Source: Giardia intestinalis (lineage: Eukaryota). Taken from it: a stretch of DNA of 64,000 bases. This document shows, one piece after another, positions 48,325 through 57,345 of the stretch. The DNA lies in NCBI GenBank assembly GCA_000002435.2, contig CM018792.1; one strand, written 5' to 3'. The notes below the pieces were generated by a model. It had not been told where the DNA came from, searched no databases, and saw nothing but the letters and a program-made list of their open reading frames with translations. Both the position numbers and the translations under genes were made by a program. Positions within the stretch are counted from its first letter, which is position 1; every line of letters begins with the position of its first letter.

Positions 48325-49416
48325 ATGGCTCTTGATCCCTATGGCGATCGGTGGTACAGGGATTTCACCGTACGAATACTCCCAGTTGAGTGGAAGGTTG
48401 CAAAGCAATCCAAGCAGAAGGGATTCGTAGAGCCTTTGGGTGTCGCGGCCCTGTGCTTTACCGAGGTAGCGACTGGAGAGACATTCAAGCTCTTTGAGTT
48501 TACTCTGGTCAGTTACACCAAGAAAGAGATCAACGTCTCTGGAATATCAGACTCTGGCATTCAGATAACCGTATCCATTTTTGCACGATCCCAGAACTAT
48601 AGCCAGCTGCTGGTTCTCCTAGAATGTCTCCAGTCTCGCGACAGTGATGCTTACTCAGCAGAGAGGATTCCTCCCGCGACGCTAGCCACCGACTCAACCC
48701 CAAGCAAATTCTTGAGCCACTACTTGACTAAAGCTGCTGCCGCTCTCGATACCCGGCCCTCTTGTGGTATTCCTGAGATCGAGCGTGACCGCTTTCTTGC
48801 CGTCATGCGACTCATTATTCGCAGGTGCAGTGCAACCAGCAATAAGCCACCAGATACAGCTATTGAGGCCGACGCAGAAGCCGGGGATGTAATGCTACTG
48901 CCTTCTAGAATAGAAGCCCACAGGAGACTGTTGGTTGAGATGGGAATATGCAACGATCTTTCTAATTCAGAGATGTCCCACATGCAGAAGCTGCAGGTTG
49001 GACTGCCTGATGTGGACCGAGAAGAAATACTGCTAGAGCTTGGAAAGGCGTATAAGCCTGCATATTTGCTCCCGAAAACAACGAAAACCAGTCATAGAGA
49101 CGAGCGCTATACTCAGCAATTAGAAGAAGTTATCAGGAATGCAGAGTCTCTTTGTAATGAGATAGACAACCAAGATAATAGTAACGGGACGGCGTGTGAG
49201 GTAGTGCGTAGCAACGCACGCCCCTGCGGCATGATAAACCTTTCAGATATGAGCGCGGTACACAGCGCTCGAGACCGTGACCACGATCCGGTAGGAGACA
49301 GGGCTGCCCTAGGTAGCAACCATGTGCCAGGTTCTGCAAAATTCATTAGGCGGCCAGTTATATCCACATTCAATGCGACAGTTGAAGAGATACCAGACCT
49401 GACTACTCCTCTTTAA
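48325..49416 (+). CDS. Hypothetical protein (363 aa).
   Basis: The first ATG (48325) is preceded by taattaataaacttttac. The track's upstream start at 48220 would overlap the neighbouring gene. The 3' end overlaps the convergent gene by 14 bp. Confidence 0.5.
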   Translation: MALDPYGDRWYRDFTVRILPVEWKVAKQSKQKGFVEPLGVAALCFTEVATGETFKLFEFTLVSYTKKEINVSGISDSGIQITVSIFARSQNYSQLLVLLECLQSRDSDAYSAERIPPATLATDSTPSKFLSHYLTKAAAALDTRPSCGIPEIERDRFLAVMRLIIRRCSATSNKPPDTAIEADAEAGDVMLLPSRIEAHRRLLVEMGICNDLSNSEMSHMQKLQVGLPDVDREEILLELGKAYKPAYLLPKTTKTSHRDERYTQQLEEVIRNAESLCNEIDNQDNSNGTACEVVRSNARPCGMINLSDMSAVHSARDRDHDPVGDRAALGSNHVPGSAKFIRRPVISTFNATVEEIPDLTTPL

Positions 49417-51607
49417 GCATCATAGGCTCCACACAGAGGATGCCCTTAGATATGTACCCTAGCATATCCTTGATAACGGGCCTCTTTAAGAAGTCTGCAA
49501 GGACAGAGCCCGTCACATTATCTTTAGCGACAATCCACACAACAAACTCCCCCAGCTTGTCATAGTAGAGGCGAGCTTCGTCCATGTGGCCTGAATTAGC
49601 ATATAGAGAACCCATTCTAAACATGAGCTCACAGTATTTAAGGCAGCATTGATTTGTCACAGTAGTTTCTATACTGCGTAAGGACATGAATCTATCTATT
49701 TTAATTCCATTAGTTTCTATTCCGTCTGTAAATTGTTCTTCAAGCTGGGCCATTCTCTTGGAATATCGACCGTTAGCATCATAGTTGTTCAGCTGTCCGT
49801 TGTTGATGAACTCTAGGGTGTCCAGGAGGTGCTGCTCTGTGTCTGCGCAAGCGTCTGTGCACACATCCTGAGCAGCGGGAAACTCGACAAGAGAAAGAGG
49901 TGCGTCTCGGGATATTTCAGTCCACCTGCTACAATAGACACCCTTTAGAGCACTGAGTAAGCACGTGCACTCCGAATGCAGCTGATATAAAACGGTTCCG
50001 TCGTCCTCAGAGAACTGCACGCTTTCAGTTGTGCCTTGACTGGATTGAAACAGGCCCTTCGCCTGGGCATAGATTGAGACGGCTTCTGCAGCCTTCAACG
50101 CCACAGTGTACTGCTCAAACATGAAGAATCGGCGAATCAGAAAGGCGTGCACAGAGTAGACAAGCAAGTGCCCGAGGGGCATGCGACCAGATATGGCTAT
50201 CTGGGAGCATCCTAACAACCGAAGGGGATGGATAGTGGTCTCATTAGCAAGCTGATTTAATCGCTTAATTGCAGTAAGTCGTAAATCCTTCACCAGTTGC
50301 GCGAGCTGAATGCTATTGATGACTTCATGGCTTGCAGTTGCCTCGAGAGCCATTACACAGAGATCAATTGCAGTAGAGTGGGAGTCATCCAGCAGGGCAA
50401 CGAAGCTCGCCAGGAGGTCCACAGACTCTGCAGGAGCTAAGTGAGCAGAGATAAGCAGGACGAGGGACGATGCACGAATGACGTCACTACTGATAGGCCC
50501 CGATGTGTTAACTATTCGTTCGTTATTACACAGCTTGAGAGCAAATTGACCGTACCATCCCACAACGGAGCGGAGCTTGGTGATGCACTCTGCTCCACTA
50601 GATGACCGGACGTACATGCCAGGCGTGCCTCGGTTGGCAATAGAGTTCAAGACGGCTATCAAGCTAGCAAGGACGTGCAAGGCAAGGAGACATAGGTTAC
50701 TCAGGGCAATAAAGTCTGCAGGAGAAGCTGCACCGTCACGGATAGAGACACAACGGTTCGAGAGATGTGCAGCCAGACCAAGGAAGTCGCAGGAGGCTAT
50801 TAGACGCTCTTCTTCGGGCAAGTGTCTGAGCAGTTCGGCCAGCTGAGAGTCTGCCTTCTGATTGAGCTGTGGATCTTCACCTCCCTCACAAGCAGCCAAA
50901 ATGAAATTCATGAGTGAGGCCCGGGACTCGGCCCACAGAGCGCTCTCAGGACTCTTGGTCTTACGCATACTTAAGTAATAGGACGGGTTCCCACTTAGTA
51001 GCCCAAAAATTGCACGCTCGTTCATGGGTGTCCGGCTGTCATTGGAGTAAGCCTGTGCCTTCTTCATCCACTCAACAAAGGATAGGTTACCGGCGATCCC
51101 AACATATTTCCGCGACGAGGCTCCGGCAGCGTCGCCTACAAAAACGTGGGATACTATGGCTCCTGCTAACATAGTGGCTTGAAGGCCGTACCCATGCTTC
51201 TCTAGCAAATCTACTGCCTCCTCAGCCTGACCTGCGCGGAGGTACTCAAGAACGTTGTCGTAGATCCCTGCGGTAGGTTCAATGGTAGGAACATATGTTT
51301 GTTCGAGCCACGTGACTATATTTTTGATCAAGCGGGCAGACTTGGAGCGAGTAAGAAAACTGCTTACAAGGGCATGCTGGTCCACTTTCGGAGCAGACCA
51401 ACCAGACCGAGCTCTTATGTCTCCTGTTATGATTTCGCTGGAAGTTGCTGAGGCAGATGACACCACATTCGGATGCTGGCTCGGATACAATAGCACATCC
51501 TCAAAGACAGCATCGACTAGCTGTGTCAGTTGAGGGTCACACTCACGGAGAGCGTCACCGGCATTGCAGTTCCGCCGCAATCGGTGGAGAAAAGCCCCAT
51601 TAAACAT
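49403..51607 (-). CDS. Hypothetical alpha-solenoid protein (734 aa). A weak Nup84/Nup107-like impression, unverified.
   Basis: Long helical ORF whose ATG at 51607 is preceded by a very AT-rich 76-bp tract. A stretch reading ...ERAIFGLLSGNPSYYL... resembles a Nup107-family stretch only by my recollection. Confidence 0.5.
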   Translation of the reverse strand: MFNGAFLHRLRRNCNAGDALRECDPQLTQLVDAVFEDVLLYPSQHPNVVSSASATSSEIITGDIRARSGWSAPKVDQHALVSSFLTRSKSARLIKNIVTWLEQTYVPTIEPTAGIYDNVLEYLRAGQAEEAVDLLEKHGYGLQATMLAGAIVSHVFVGDAAGASSRKYVGIAGNLSFVEWMKKAQAYSNDSRTPMNERAIFGLLSGNPSYYLSMRKTKSPESALWAESRASLMNFILAACEGGEDPQLNQKADSQLAELLRHLPEEERLIASCDFLGLAAHLSNRCVSIRDGAASPADFIALSNLCLLALHVLASLIAVLNSIANRGTPGMYVRSSSGAECITKLRSVVGWYGQFALKLCNNERIVNTSGPISSDVIRASSLVLLISAHLAPAESVDLLASFVALLDDSHSTAIDLCVMALEATASHEVINSIQLAQLVKDLRLTAIKRLNQLANETTIHPLRLLGCSQIAISGRMPLGHLLVYSVHAFLIRRFFMFEQYTVALKAAEAVSIYAQAKGLFQSSQGTTESVQFSEDDGTVLYQLHSECTCLLSALKGVYCSRWTEISRDAPLSLVEFPAAQDVCTDACADTEQHLLDTLEFINNGQLNNYDANGRYSKRMAQLEEQFTDGIETNGIKIDRFMSLRSIETTVTNQCCLKYCELMFRMGSLYANSGHMDEARLYYDKLGEFVVWIVAKDNVTGSVLADFLKRPVIKDMLGYISKGILCVEPMMLKEE

Positions 51608-51683
51608 CTTATATTAAGCGATAAATTTGCCGGATCCGTCAAAGAAATTATAAAATTCAAAATTCAACGAAAAATAGTTCAAA
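51608..51683. promoter_or_regulatory. 76-bp bidirectional AT-rich promoter.
   Basis: cttatattaagcgataaatttgccggatccgtcaaagaaattataaaattcaaaattcaacgaaaaatagttcaaaATG. Confidence 0.45.
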
Positions 51684-53678
51684 ATGTCTTCCTTCTTCTG
51701 GACCATGTTTTACTCCCCAGACCAAGGTAATGAGTTTGAAGAGTACATACAAAACGATAATCTGGAGGCTATTCTTCTCCATGAAAAGCTGCAGAACGAG
51801 CTTCAGCAAACTTCGAATGCCCTTCATGCGTATCTCTCAAAAATTGATACCATTTCCAAGCTCATTGCGTATGCCTACGACCCGGATGAGAGCAAGAAAA
51901 ACCTCTCTTCTGCTGCTAACGACGTCTTCGTTGCCGATATCTCCATACTCCTGGACGCCATCACGTCTAATGTTTCGCTAATGAATAGTCTCTTTATGGC
52001 TCTCAGACCGTACAATGTAGAGCTTGGTCGCTACCTCACCACGGAGGAGCTGGAGGCTACAATGGTAGAGGAGGTCCCAGCTGGGAGCAACAACGGCGTA
52101 GGAACCGGGCAGAAGGGGCTTCCGGCGAAATATCTGCAACGGCGCATACCCCTGCATGTTGCTGAAAACTTCTGCCGCTTGATAATCATGCTCGTCCGCT
52201 CCCCTGTTCGGTTAAAGAAGTTGCAGCAGCACATTCTTTCGAACACATACATTCTCACCCTGTTCTGTCAGGTAATCTGCTCTGCGCCCTCTACAGAGGC
52301 CATTCATTACTTGATAGTCGGAAAGGACAGAGCCAGCGAGTCTGTACACCTTCAGACGGAAATAGTGCTTCAGAGCGGCATAATTCAGTCCATGTTTATG
52401 CTGTTCCTTTCCAATGCCCCCTTCGACTCTCTCATGCACGCATCATTCATTATTTGCTCCCTGTTGGCTAACGGCTGCACAAGCCCCGTGAGAAATCTTA
52501 TTCTGGAGAATCTTCCAGAGCTCGTCAAGAATACGCTCAATCCGCGATCTCATCCTGGCACTGTGCGCACTCTTCTCCAGATCACCGTCTCGGGCTTTCG
52601 TGAGGCGATACGCTTTGGCATACTTTCAGAGAAAGAGGAAGAGAGCCGCTATTACGCCAACGTAGTTGACAATCTGATCAAGGCCTGCATCCCCGGCTTC
52701 ACGGAAATTCTCTCACTTCAGCCCTCTATCTCAAAGCCTCCCCCGGGCTCTCCTCCTCACATGCTATTCCAGGTGCCCCTTGTTACCCAAGAGGCGACCA
52801 ACGCAGGGATGGCGATTCTCTTGAAGCAACACGTTATTAGCGCGCTTGCTGAACTTCTGCGTCTCAGCGAGATCAACAAAGAGTCCATCAAGGAGAAGGA
52901 GGAGCGCACGCTCCAGACCACGTTTAGGCCTGATGTGGCGGTTGAGTTCATTGAGGAGTACTACAAAGCAAAGGCTCGTGGGGATGGCAGCGCTAAGCCC
53001 TTACTCCCCTTCACAATAGGCCTTTCATACATCTTTCAGGATGTCTATACGCATCTGACAGCGACGTGCAAGTACAATTTTACCTCGAATGTCGCCCAGG
53101 TTTGCATGGAGGCCAACAAAGCCATATCTGGTGGCAACGCAGCGATGAAGAAGACTATAGGTATTCAACACACACTGGGACCGGATGGAGAGATTATCTA
53201 TGGGTCGAGTGCGTACCTGACTCTTCTGCTCTTAGAGAGCGGGATCCCGTCTATGGCGATGAGGGAGATGCTAGCGTCTCCCGAGCAGGCCGTTGTCCAC
53301 CACCCTTGCAGTGTTGTGGCCACTCAGGTCCTTGAGTTCCTCGACTTCGCCCCGAAGATCTCGCTCTACCTCTTTGACGCCAAGTTCTTCAGCGATTGCA
53401 AGCAGGCGCTGGTAAATGAGGACTCAATGCCAGATGCGAGTCAGGAGAGGATAACTGCTGCATGTCAAGCAAGGCTTATGAAGCAGACCCGACGAACATC
53501 ACTCGATGCACACGTGGCTGCCATTTTGAGCCAACTGGGGCGTGCAGCCTACGGGTTTAAGGTCGTGGACACAACAATTCCTCCATTCCAAGAGCTCAAG
53601 TCTATCGTGGATAGTAATGCAGATGCCAAGTTCCTAGCGTCTATTCTCGAAGTTAAGGAGTTCTTGAATTTCCATTAA
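51684..53678 (+). CDS. SAPS-domain protein (protein phosphatase 6 regulatory subunit-like).
   Basis: The N-terminal pattern MSSFFWTMFY...LEAILLHEKLQNELQQTSNALHAYLSKIDTISKLIAYAYDPDESK parallels the PP6R N-terminus, which I recalled from memory as MFWKFDL...ILQECKAQNQKLLDFL...LVSLITQDPPLDMEEK. The rest is ARM/HEAT-like. Confidence 0.45.
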   Translation: MSSFFWTMFYSPDQGNEFEEYIQNDNLEAILLHEKLQNELQQTSNALHAYLSKIDTISKLIAYAYDPDESKKNLSSAANDVFVADISILLDAITSNVSLMNSLFMALRPYNVELGRYLTTEELEATMVEEVPAGSNNGVGTGQKGLPAKYLQRRIPLHVAENFCRLIIMLVRSPVRLKKLQQHILSNTYILTLFCQVICSAPSTEAIHYLIVGKDRASESVHLQTEIVLQSGIIQSMFMLFLSNAPFDSLMHASFIICSLLANGCTSPVRNLILENLPELVKNTLNPRSHPGTVRTLLQITVSGFREAIRFGILSEKEEESRYYANVVDNLIKACIPGFTEILSLQPSISKPPPGSPPHMLFQVPLVTQEATNAGMAILLKQHVISALAELLRLSEINKESIKEKEERTLQTTFRPDVAVEFIEEYYKAKARGDGSAKPLLPFTIGLSYIFQDVYTHLTATCKYNFTSNVAQVCMEANKAISGGNAAMKKTIGIQHTLGPDGEIIYGSSAYLTLLLLESGIPSMAMREMLASPEQAVVHHPCSVVATQVLEFLDFAPKISLYLFDAKFFSDCKQALVNEDSMPDASQERITAACQARLMKQTRRTSLDAHVAAILSQLGRAAYGFKVVDTTIPPFQELKSIVDSNADAKFLASILEVKEFLNFH

Positions 53679-53710
53679 ACCCTTTCGGCCTCAGTGTCAC
53701 GTGGCGGCTT

Positions 53711-53717
53711 AGTAAAT
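53711..53717 (+). promoter_or_regulatory. AGTAAAT polyadenylation signal.
   Basis: Exact AGTRAAY match 33 nt after the SAPS-like gene stop. Confidence 0.45.
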
Positions 53718-54406
53718 TACAGATGTACCGAGCTTCTGTTAGAGGCTGGGCTCTTCTTGTTTGTACGGAGTGCTGAGAGGTGGGAGGCTGGTCTAGTGGT
53801 CAGACAAGTCTAGCCAGCAAGTAGAGGTCTTTCCCAGACAATTTCTTGACTGGTTTGACGCCTCTATCCAGACTTCTATCTAAGCTTGCGTTGATGGATG
53901 GGCATCTATCATCGGACCCAAAGGTGTTTGGTTGTATTCCTTCCATGTCAAGCCTATGATTTACAAATCCCAGCCAATCTAGGTAGAAGAGTTCGTGCTT
54001 TCTGTGATACGAGCCTGACTCTATGTTGTAGTTTTGACGGAGTGCATACCGCGTCCGCACATCGCGGCTCACCATCTCAATGCAACTCTAGGGCATACAA
54101 TAGTAGCATATGCGTGTGTTTGCTTTGAGACAAAAATCATGATCTATTGATAGAAGTGTAGCGAGGTGTCCAGCCGGGTAGACGTTTGTCATCAGACACT
54201 GGTTGTCCTGTCCCTTGCCGTTCAACTGCAACGCACAGGGTCTACATGCCACAATTGCCTCATATAGTCAAGGACGCAAAGCTTGCGGCTAGCAATGAGC
54301 GAATGCGTAACATCTGAATAACGTATTATTCTAGGAGCCTTGATGGTTAGAAGCTATGCACTGCTTCAAGATAACACTCCGCCTCCGACGTTGCATACTC
54401 TGATGA

Positions 54407-55021
54407 CTAGGACAAACTTCGGAGCAGCTCGAGCTTGCTCCTCCAAAAGTCACGCTCCCGGGGAGCCGTGAAGACAATGTGTGCCACGCTCTCACCGGCC
54501 CTGAGAGTGAGCTCAGTTTCCTCTGTGCACGAAATGGCCAATATGTCACGCAGAGGTATCGCCCCCTTGAGGGATGTCCGCTCACAATCAACCCATAGTA
54601 GGATATGACCCTCGTCCATGTCTTCATGTACCCAGAAGTGTCGAGGGGCGAGCGTGGAGCCGCTCCCGCGAAAGTATGCGTCAAATCCCAAGCGGACAAG
54701 GATCTGGAATCGCTCCAATGGCTCCACGTTCTCAATAGCTTCCGATGCAGCTTGTGTATGTGTGGTAGCATCCGGAAGTTCTATCTCCGGTGGAACATGC
54801 TCGACTGACTCTGTAGTGCAGGGACCTGGTATCTGGACTTTCATTATCGGCCTCAGGTAGCCATCAAATGTGACCCTCCGTTGAGATCGCGTTTGCTTTG
54901 CACTTCTATGAACGGACCCAGATAGCTTACTTGGCCCCAGGCCCTCGGTTTCCTGGCCGAGGCTAGATGGGAGCTCACAATACCCGCTACTGCTCATAGA
55001 GTCACTCACCGGGTCCCGCAT
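54407..55021 (-). CDS. Hypothetical protein with a PH-domain-like C-terminal half.
   Basis: 204 aa. The C-terminal FWVHEDMDEGHILLWVDCERTSLKGAIPLRDILAISCTEETELTLRAGESVAHIVFTAPRERDFWRSKLELL has the beta-sandwich plus terminal amphipathic helix and conserved Trp pattern of PH domains. Confidence 0.5.
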   Translation of the reverse strand: MRDPVSDSMSSSGYCELPSSLGQETEGLGPSKLSGSVHRSAKQTRSQRRVTFDGYLRPIMKVQIPGPCTTESVEHVPPEIELPDATTHTQAASEAIENVEPLERFQILVRLGFDAYFRGSGSTLAPRHFWVHEDMDEGHILLWVDCERTSLKGAIPLRDILAISCTEETELTLRAGESVAHIVFTAPRERDFWRSKLELLRSLS

Positions 55022-55379
55022 TCAATCTTTCACGTCAAGAATCCTTTTTTGGTTCACAAAGTTACTCTCGGTGTCACCAAGATACGCCTATCAACTATTA
55101 CTCGCGTAAATCAGGTAGAATGAGGAGGTAGCCAGTGCTTCCCTAAGGTCCTTCGTAGTGAATGTGGGTCAAGAGATCTCCACGACAACCCTTCCCTACA
55201 ATCCTGATGCGTAGCACCCCTCCACCTGCAGTATATGTGAACCAGAAGGGCGCAGTGGCCAATCTGACCTTTTCGCTGAGGCAATCTGGACAGACGCTTA
55301 TTGAAAGTAACCAGCCTTCAGACGCAGGACACAAGGCAAGTGTTTGCTTCCTTATACATTCACTTAGCATACTGAAGCA

Positions 55380-55802
55380 CTAGAGATCACTGAGCTCATC
55401 AAAGTTGATGTCCACGTTATCTGTACCTCGTGCCATTCGCTCCTCAAGCAGCCGCCTCCGCCGGGCCTCTTTGGCAGGATCTCGTGTATCGCGTATCGCA
55501 TCTGCTTCGTCGTAGCCGTCCATCAGCTCAACCTTAACCGTCATCTTCGCCTCGGAATCCCCTGTGTCCGCTTCTAGGTACCACTGGTTGTCGCAGCGAG
55601 GACAGAAGCCGTCGGCCTGAGGATCAAATTTCGTCACATCTATGCGAAAGACCTTCTTACACTTTTTGCAGACCAGGATGAGCTCGATGTCCTTCTCTAT
55701 CTCATGGTCCGACTGCTCCCGGTGGCACTCTGCACAATCAAACCATCGCTTACAGCACTTGGCCAGAATCTGTGTCTGGACGTTCTTCACGTGCTTGCAC
55801 AT
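55380..55802 (-). CDS. CHY-type zinc-finger protein (140 aa).
   Basis: CKHVKNVQTQILAKCCKRWFDCAECHREQSDHE matches the CxHx10CCx5CxxCH CHY signature. Further CxxC pairs follow (CKKCKK, CPRCDNQ). Confidence 0.75.
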   Translation of the reverse strand: MCKHVKNVQTQILAKCCKRWFDCAECHREQSDHEIEKDIELILVCKKCKKVFRIDVTKFDPQADGFCPRCDNQWYLEADTGDSEAKMTVKVELMDGYDEADAIRDTRDPAKEARRRRLLEERMARGTDNVDINFDELSDL

Positions 55803-55907
55803 CTATTCAACTTCGGATTTCCTACCGAAAGCCCGATAGTTCATTGCAAAACACCATTGTAAAAGATATTTTACGTGAAAATTGCAGACATAAGCAAAGG
55901 TACTCCA

Positions 55908-56162
55908 ATGCAGACAGACAACGTCCAGGTCCTCGGAGGCGAGCAGATGCAGGACATAGAGGCAGATGACATTCGAATGAAGGTAGCACCAGTGAACGAG
56001 GCACGCCAAGCGCAGCTACCCAACATCCAGATGGCATCTGAGCAGTTGCAGACGTCGATTGGCAAGGTATCAATAGCATATCTTTCTAAGTTTGTGGTCC
56101 CCTACGCAGACGCATATGAAAAGATGCAACCGTGGACGTCCAAAGACATCGCTCTTATGTGA
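55908..56162 (+). CDS. Possible small protein (84 aa from the first ATG).
   Basis: The track ORF starts at GTG 55875, and the first ATG is at 55908 after an A/T-rich tract. No homology support. Confidence 0.3.
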   Translation: MQTDNVQVLGGEQMQDIEADDIRMKVAPVNEARQAQLPNIQMASEQLQTSIGKVSIAYLSKFVVPYADAYEKMQPWTSKDIALM

Positions 56163-56226
56163 ATTTTTGTCTATAAGTTTGTTACCGGCGCAGGTAAGCA
56201 ACCAGCGAGAGCTGAGAATAATTAAA

Positions 56227-57336
56227 ATGGAGACGCTATCATTGGGAATGCACTGGTCACACACCAGCTATGCAGATGATTGCTTTCTGGGCACCATTGA
56301 TGAATCTCTGTTAAGTCCTAAACCTGCACTACATCAACCACTGTATGCGCTGCAGGGACAAGAGGATAGTGATCAGCTTCTGGGTGTCCGCAACTCAAGC
56401 GCTTCCCACAGAATAGCAGATGGGCCGATTGCACAAACTCACAAAAAAATGTCACAGCATCGGCTGCTGCTCTTCCTCCGCTTTCTGGATAGCTTTGTAA
56501 GCGACTTTGTTAGCCAGGCAAATAAGATCGCAGACTATCACAACAACTTGATCTTTCGCAGAATTCGAAAGGACCTCTTTCTATCCCTTAGAGAACACTT
56601 TAACTATCGAATGGCCCCCAACCCATATTCTAGTGACATTGTGTTCACCGCCTTTTTCCTTTTTAACGTGCTCGTGCAGTCAGTTCAAAAGCAAAATTGG
56701 AACCCCATTACGCTTCCAGACCACCTTACCGAGATTTTTAGCCAGCGAGACTCAATGAAAAGACTCATTGTGCTGTGTGTGAAACAGTATCATGAGGTCG
56801 GCCGAACACCCAAAAGTAAGCAGCTGGGTGTGCCCCCGAATCGCTATTACCGTTGTCTGCAACCCTTCTTTAAGAATGATACCTTTATCGTTTCACTTGT
56901 TCATACAATTCAAGATCGCATAACCATGGCCATTCAGACTGTTACACGATACATTGAGCAACGTAAGGCACAGTTCAGCGAGCAGAAACGTGCTACTAGT
57001 CGGCGTGTAGTCAGGAAGGTTTCCAAAGAAAATACTAGAACATCTAGAGACATGTCCAACACAGCAAAGGCTGGAGAGACTGATGCGCCCCCTAGTGTGT
57101 CCAAAAATGTGCGTAGTACTGATGTTCATTCCACAAGTGTTGGCGAGTTTACTCCCTCGGGAACCCAGGAGCTTTCAGAAACCTCCACAAGAATCGAAGA
57201 AGGTTCGTATCCGTTCAACGCATCTCAGGACCAAGTGGATCAGTGGCTAACTGACTATCTTCAGCACACAAATAGCGGGTTCTACGTTGGAGAAGACTTC
57301 AATCTGGATGACCCCTGCTTCCTGCCTATCAATTAA
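56227..57336 (+). CDS. Hypothetical protein (369 aa from METLSLG...).
   Basis: I start at the ATG preceded by gagctgagaataattaaaATG. The track start at 56092 overlaps the upstream ORF. No domain recognised. Confidence 0.5.
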   Translation: METLSLGMHWSHTSYADDCFLGTIDESLLSPKPALHQPLYALQGQEDSDQLLGVRNSSASHRIADGPIAQTHKKMSQHRLLLFLRFLDSFVSDFVSQANKIADYHNNLIFRRIRKDLFLSLREHFNYRMAPNPYSSDIVFTAFFLFNVLVQSVQKQNWNPITLPDHLTEIFSQRDSMKRLIVLCVKQYHEVGRTPKSKQLGVPPNRYYRCLQPFFKNDTFIVSLVHTIQDRITMAIQTVTRYIEQRKAQFSEQKRATSRRVVRKVSKENTRTSRDMSNTAKAGETDAPPSVSKNVRSTDVHSTSVGEFTPSGTQELSETSTRIEEGSYPFNASQDQVDQWLTDYLQHTNSGFYVGEDFNLDDPCFLPIN

Positions 57337-57345
57337 AATTCTTTG

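Noticed and set aside
48323-48328. Divergent start codons apparently sharing CCATGG (zero intergenic distance)
   Set aside because: This is resolved by starting the minus-strand gene at its second ATG (48296). That ATG, not the first, is preceded by the AT-rich initiator, which leaves a 28-bp shared promoter.
53800-54128. Two small ORFs (91 aa minus, 76 aa plus) in the 730-bp gap
   Set aside because: Neither has an AT-rich initiator, and their composition looks random. The region is better treated as non-coding.
5524-57343. ORF-track start coordinates at TTG/GTG (5524, 25973, 31956, 35554, 35583, 42819, 55875, 57343)
   Set aside because: The track evidently allows near-cognate starts. I moved each to the first in-frame ATG with an AT-rich initiator, as expected for Giardia.
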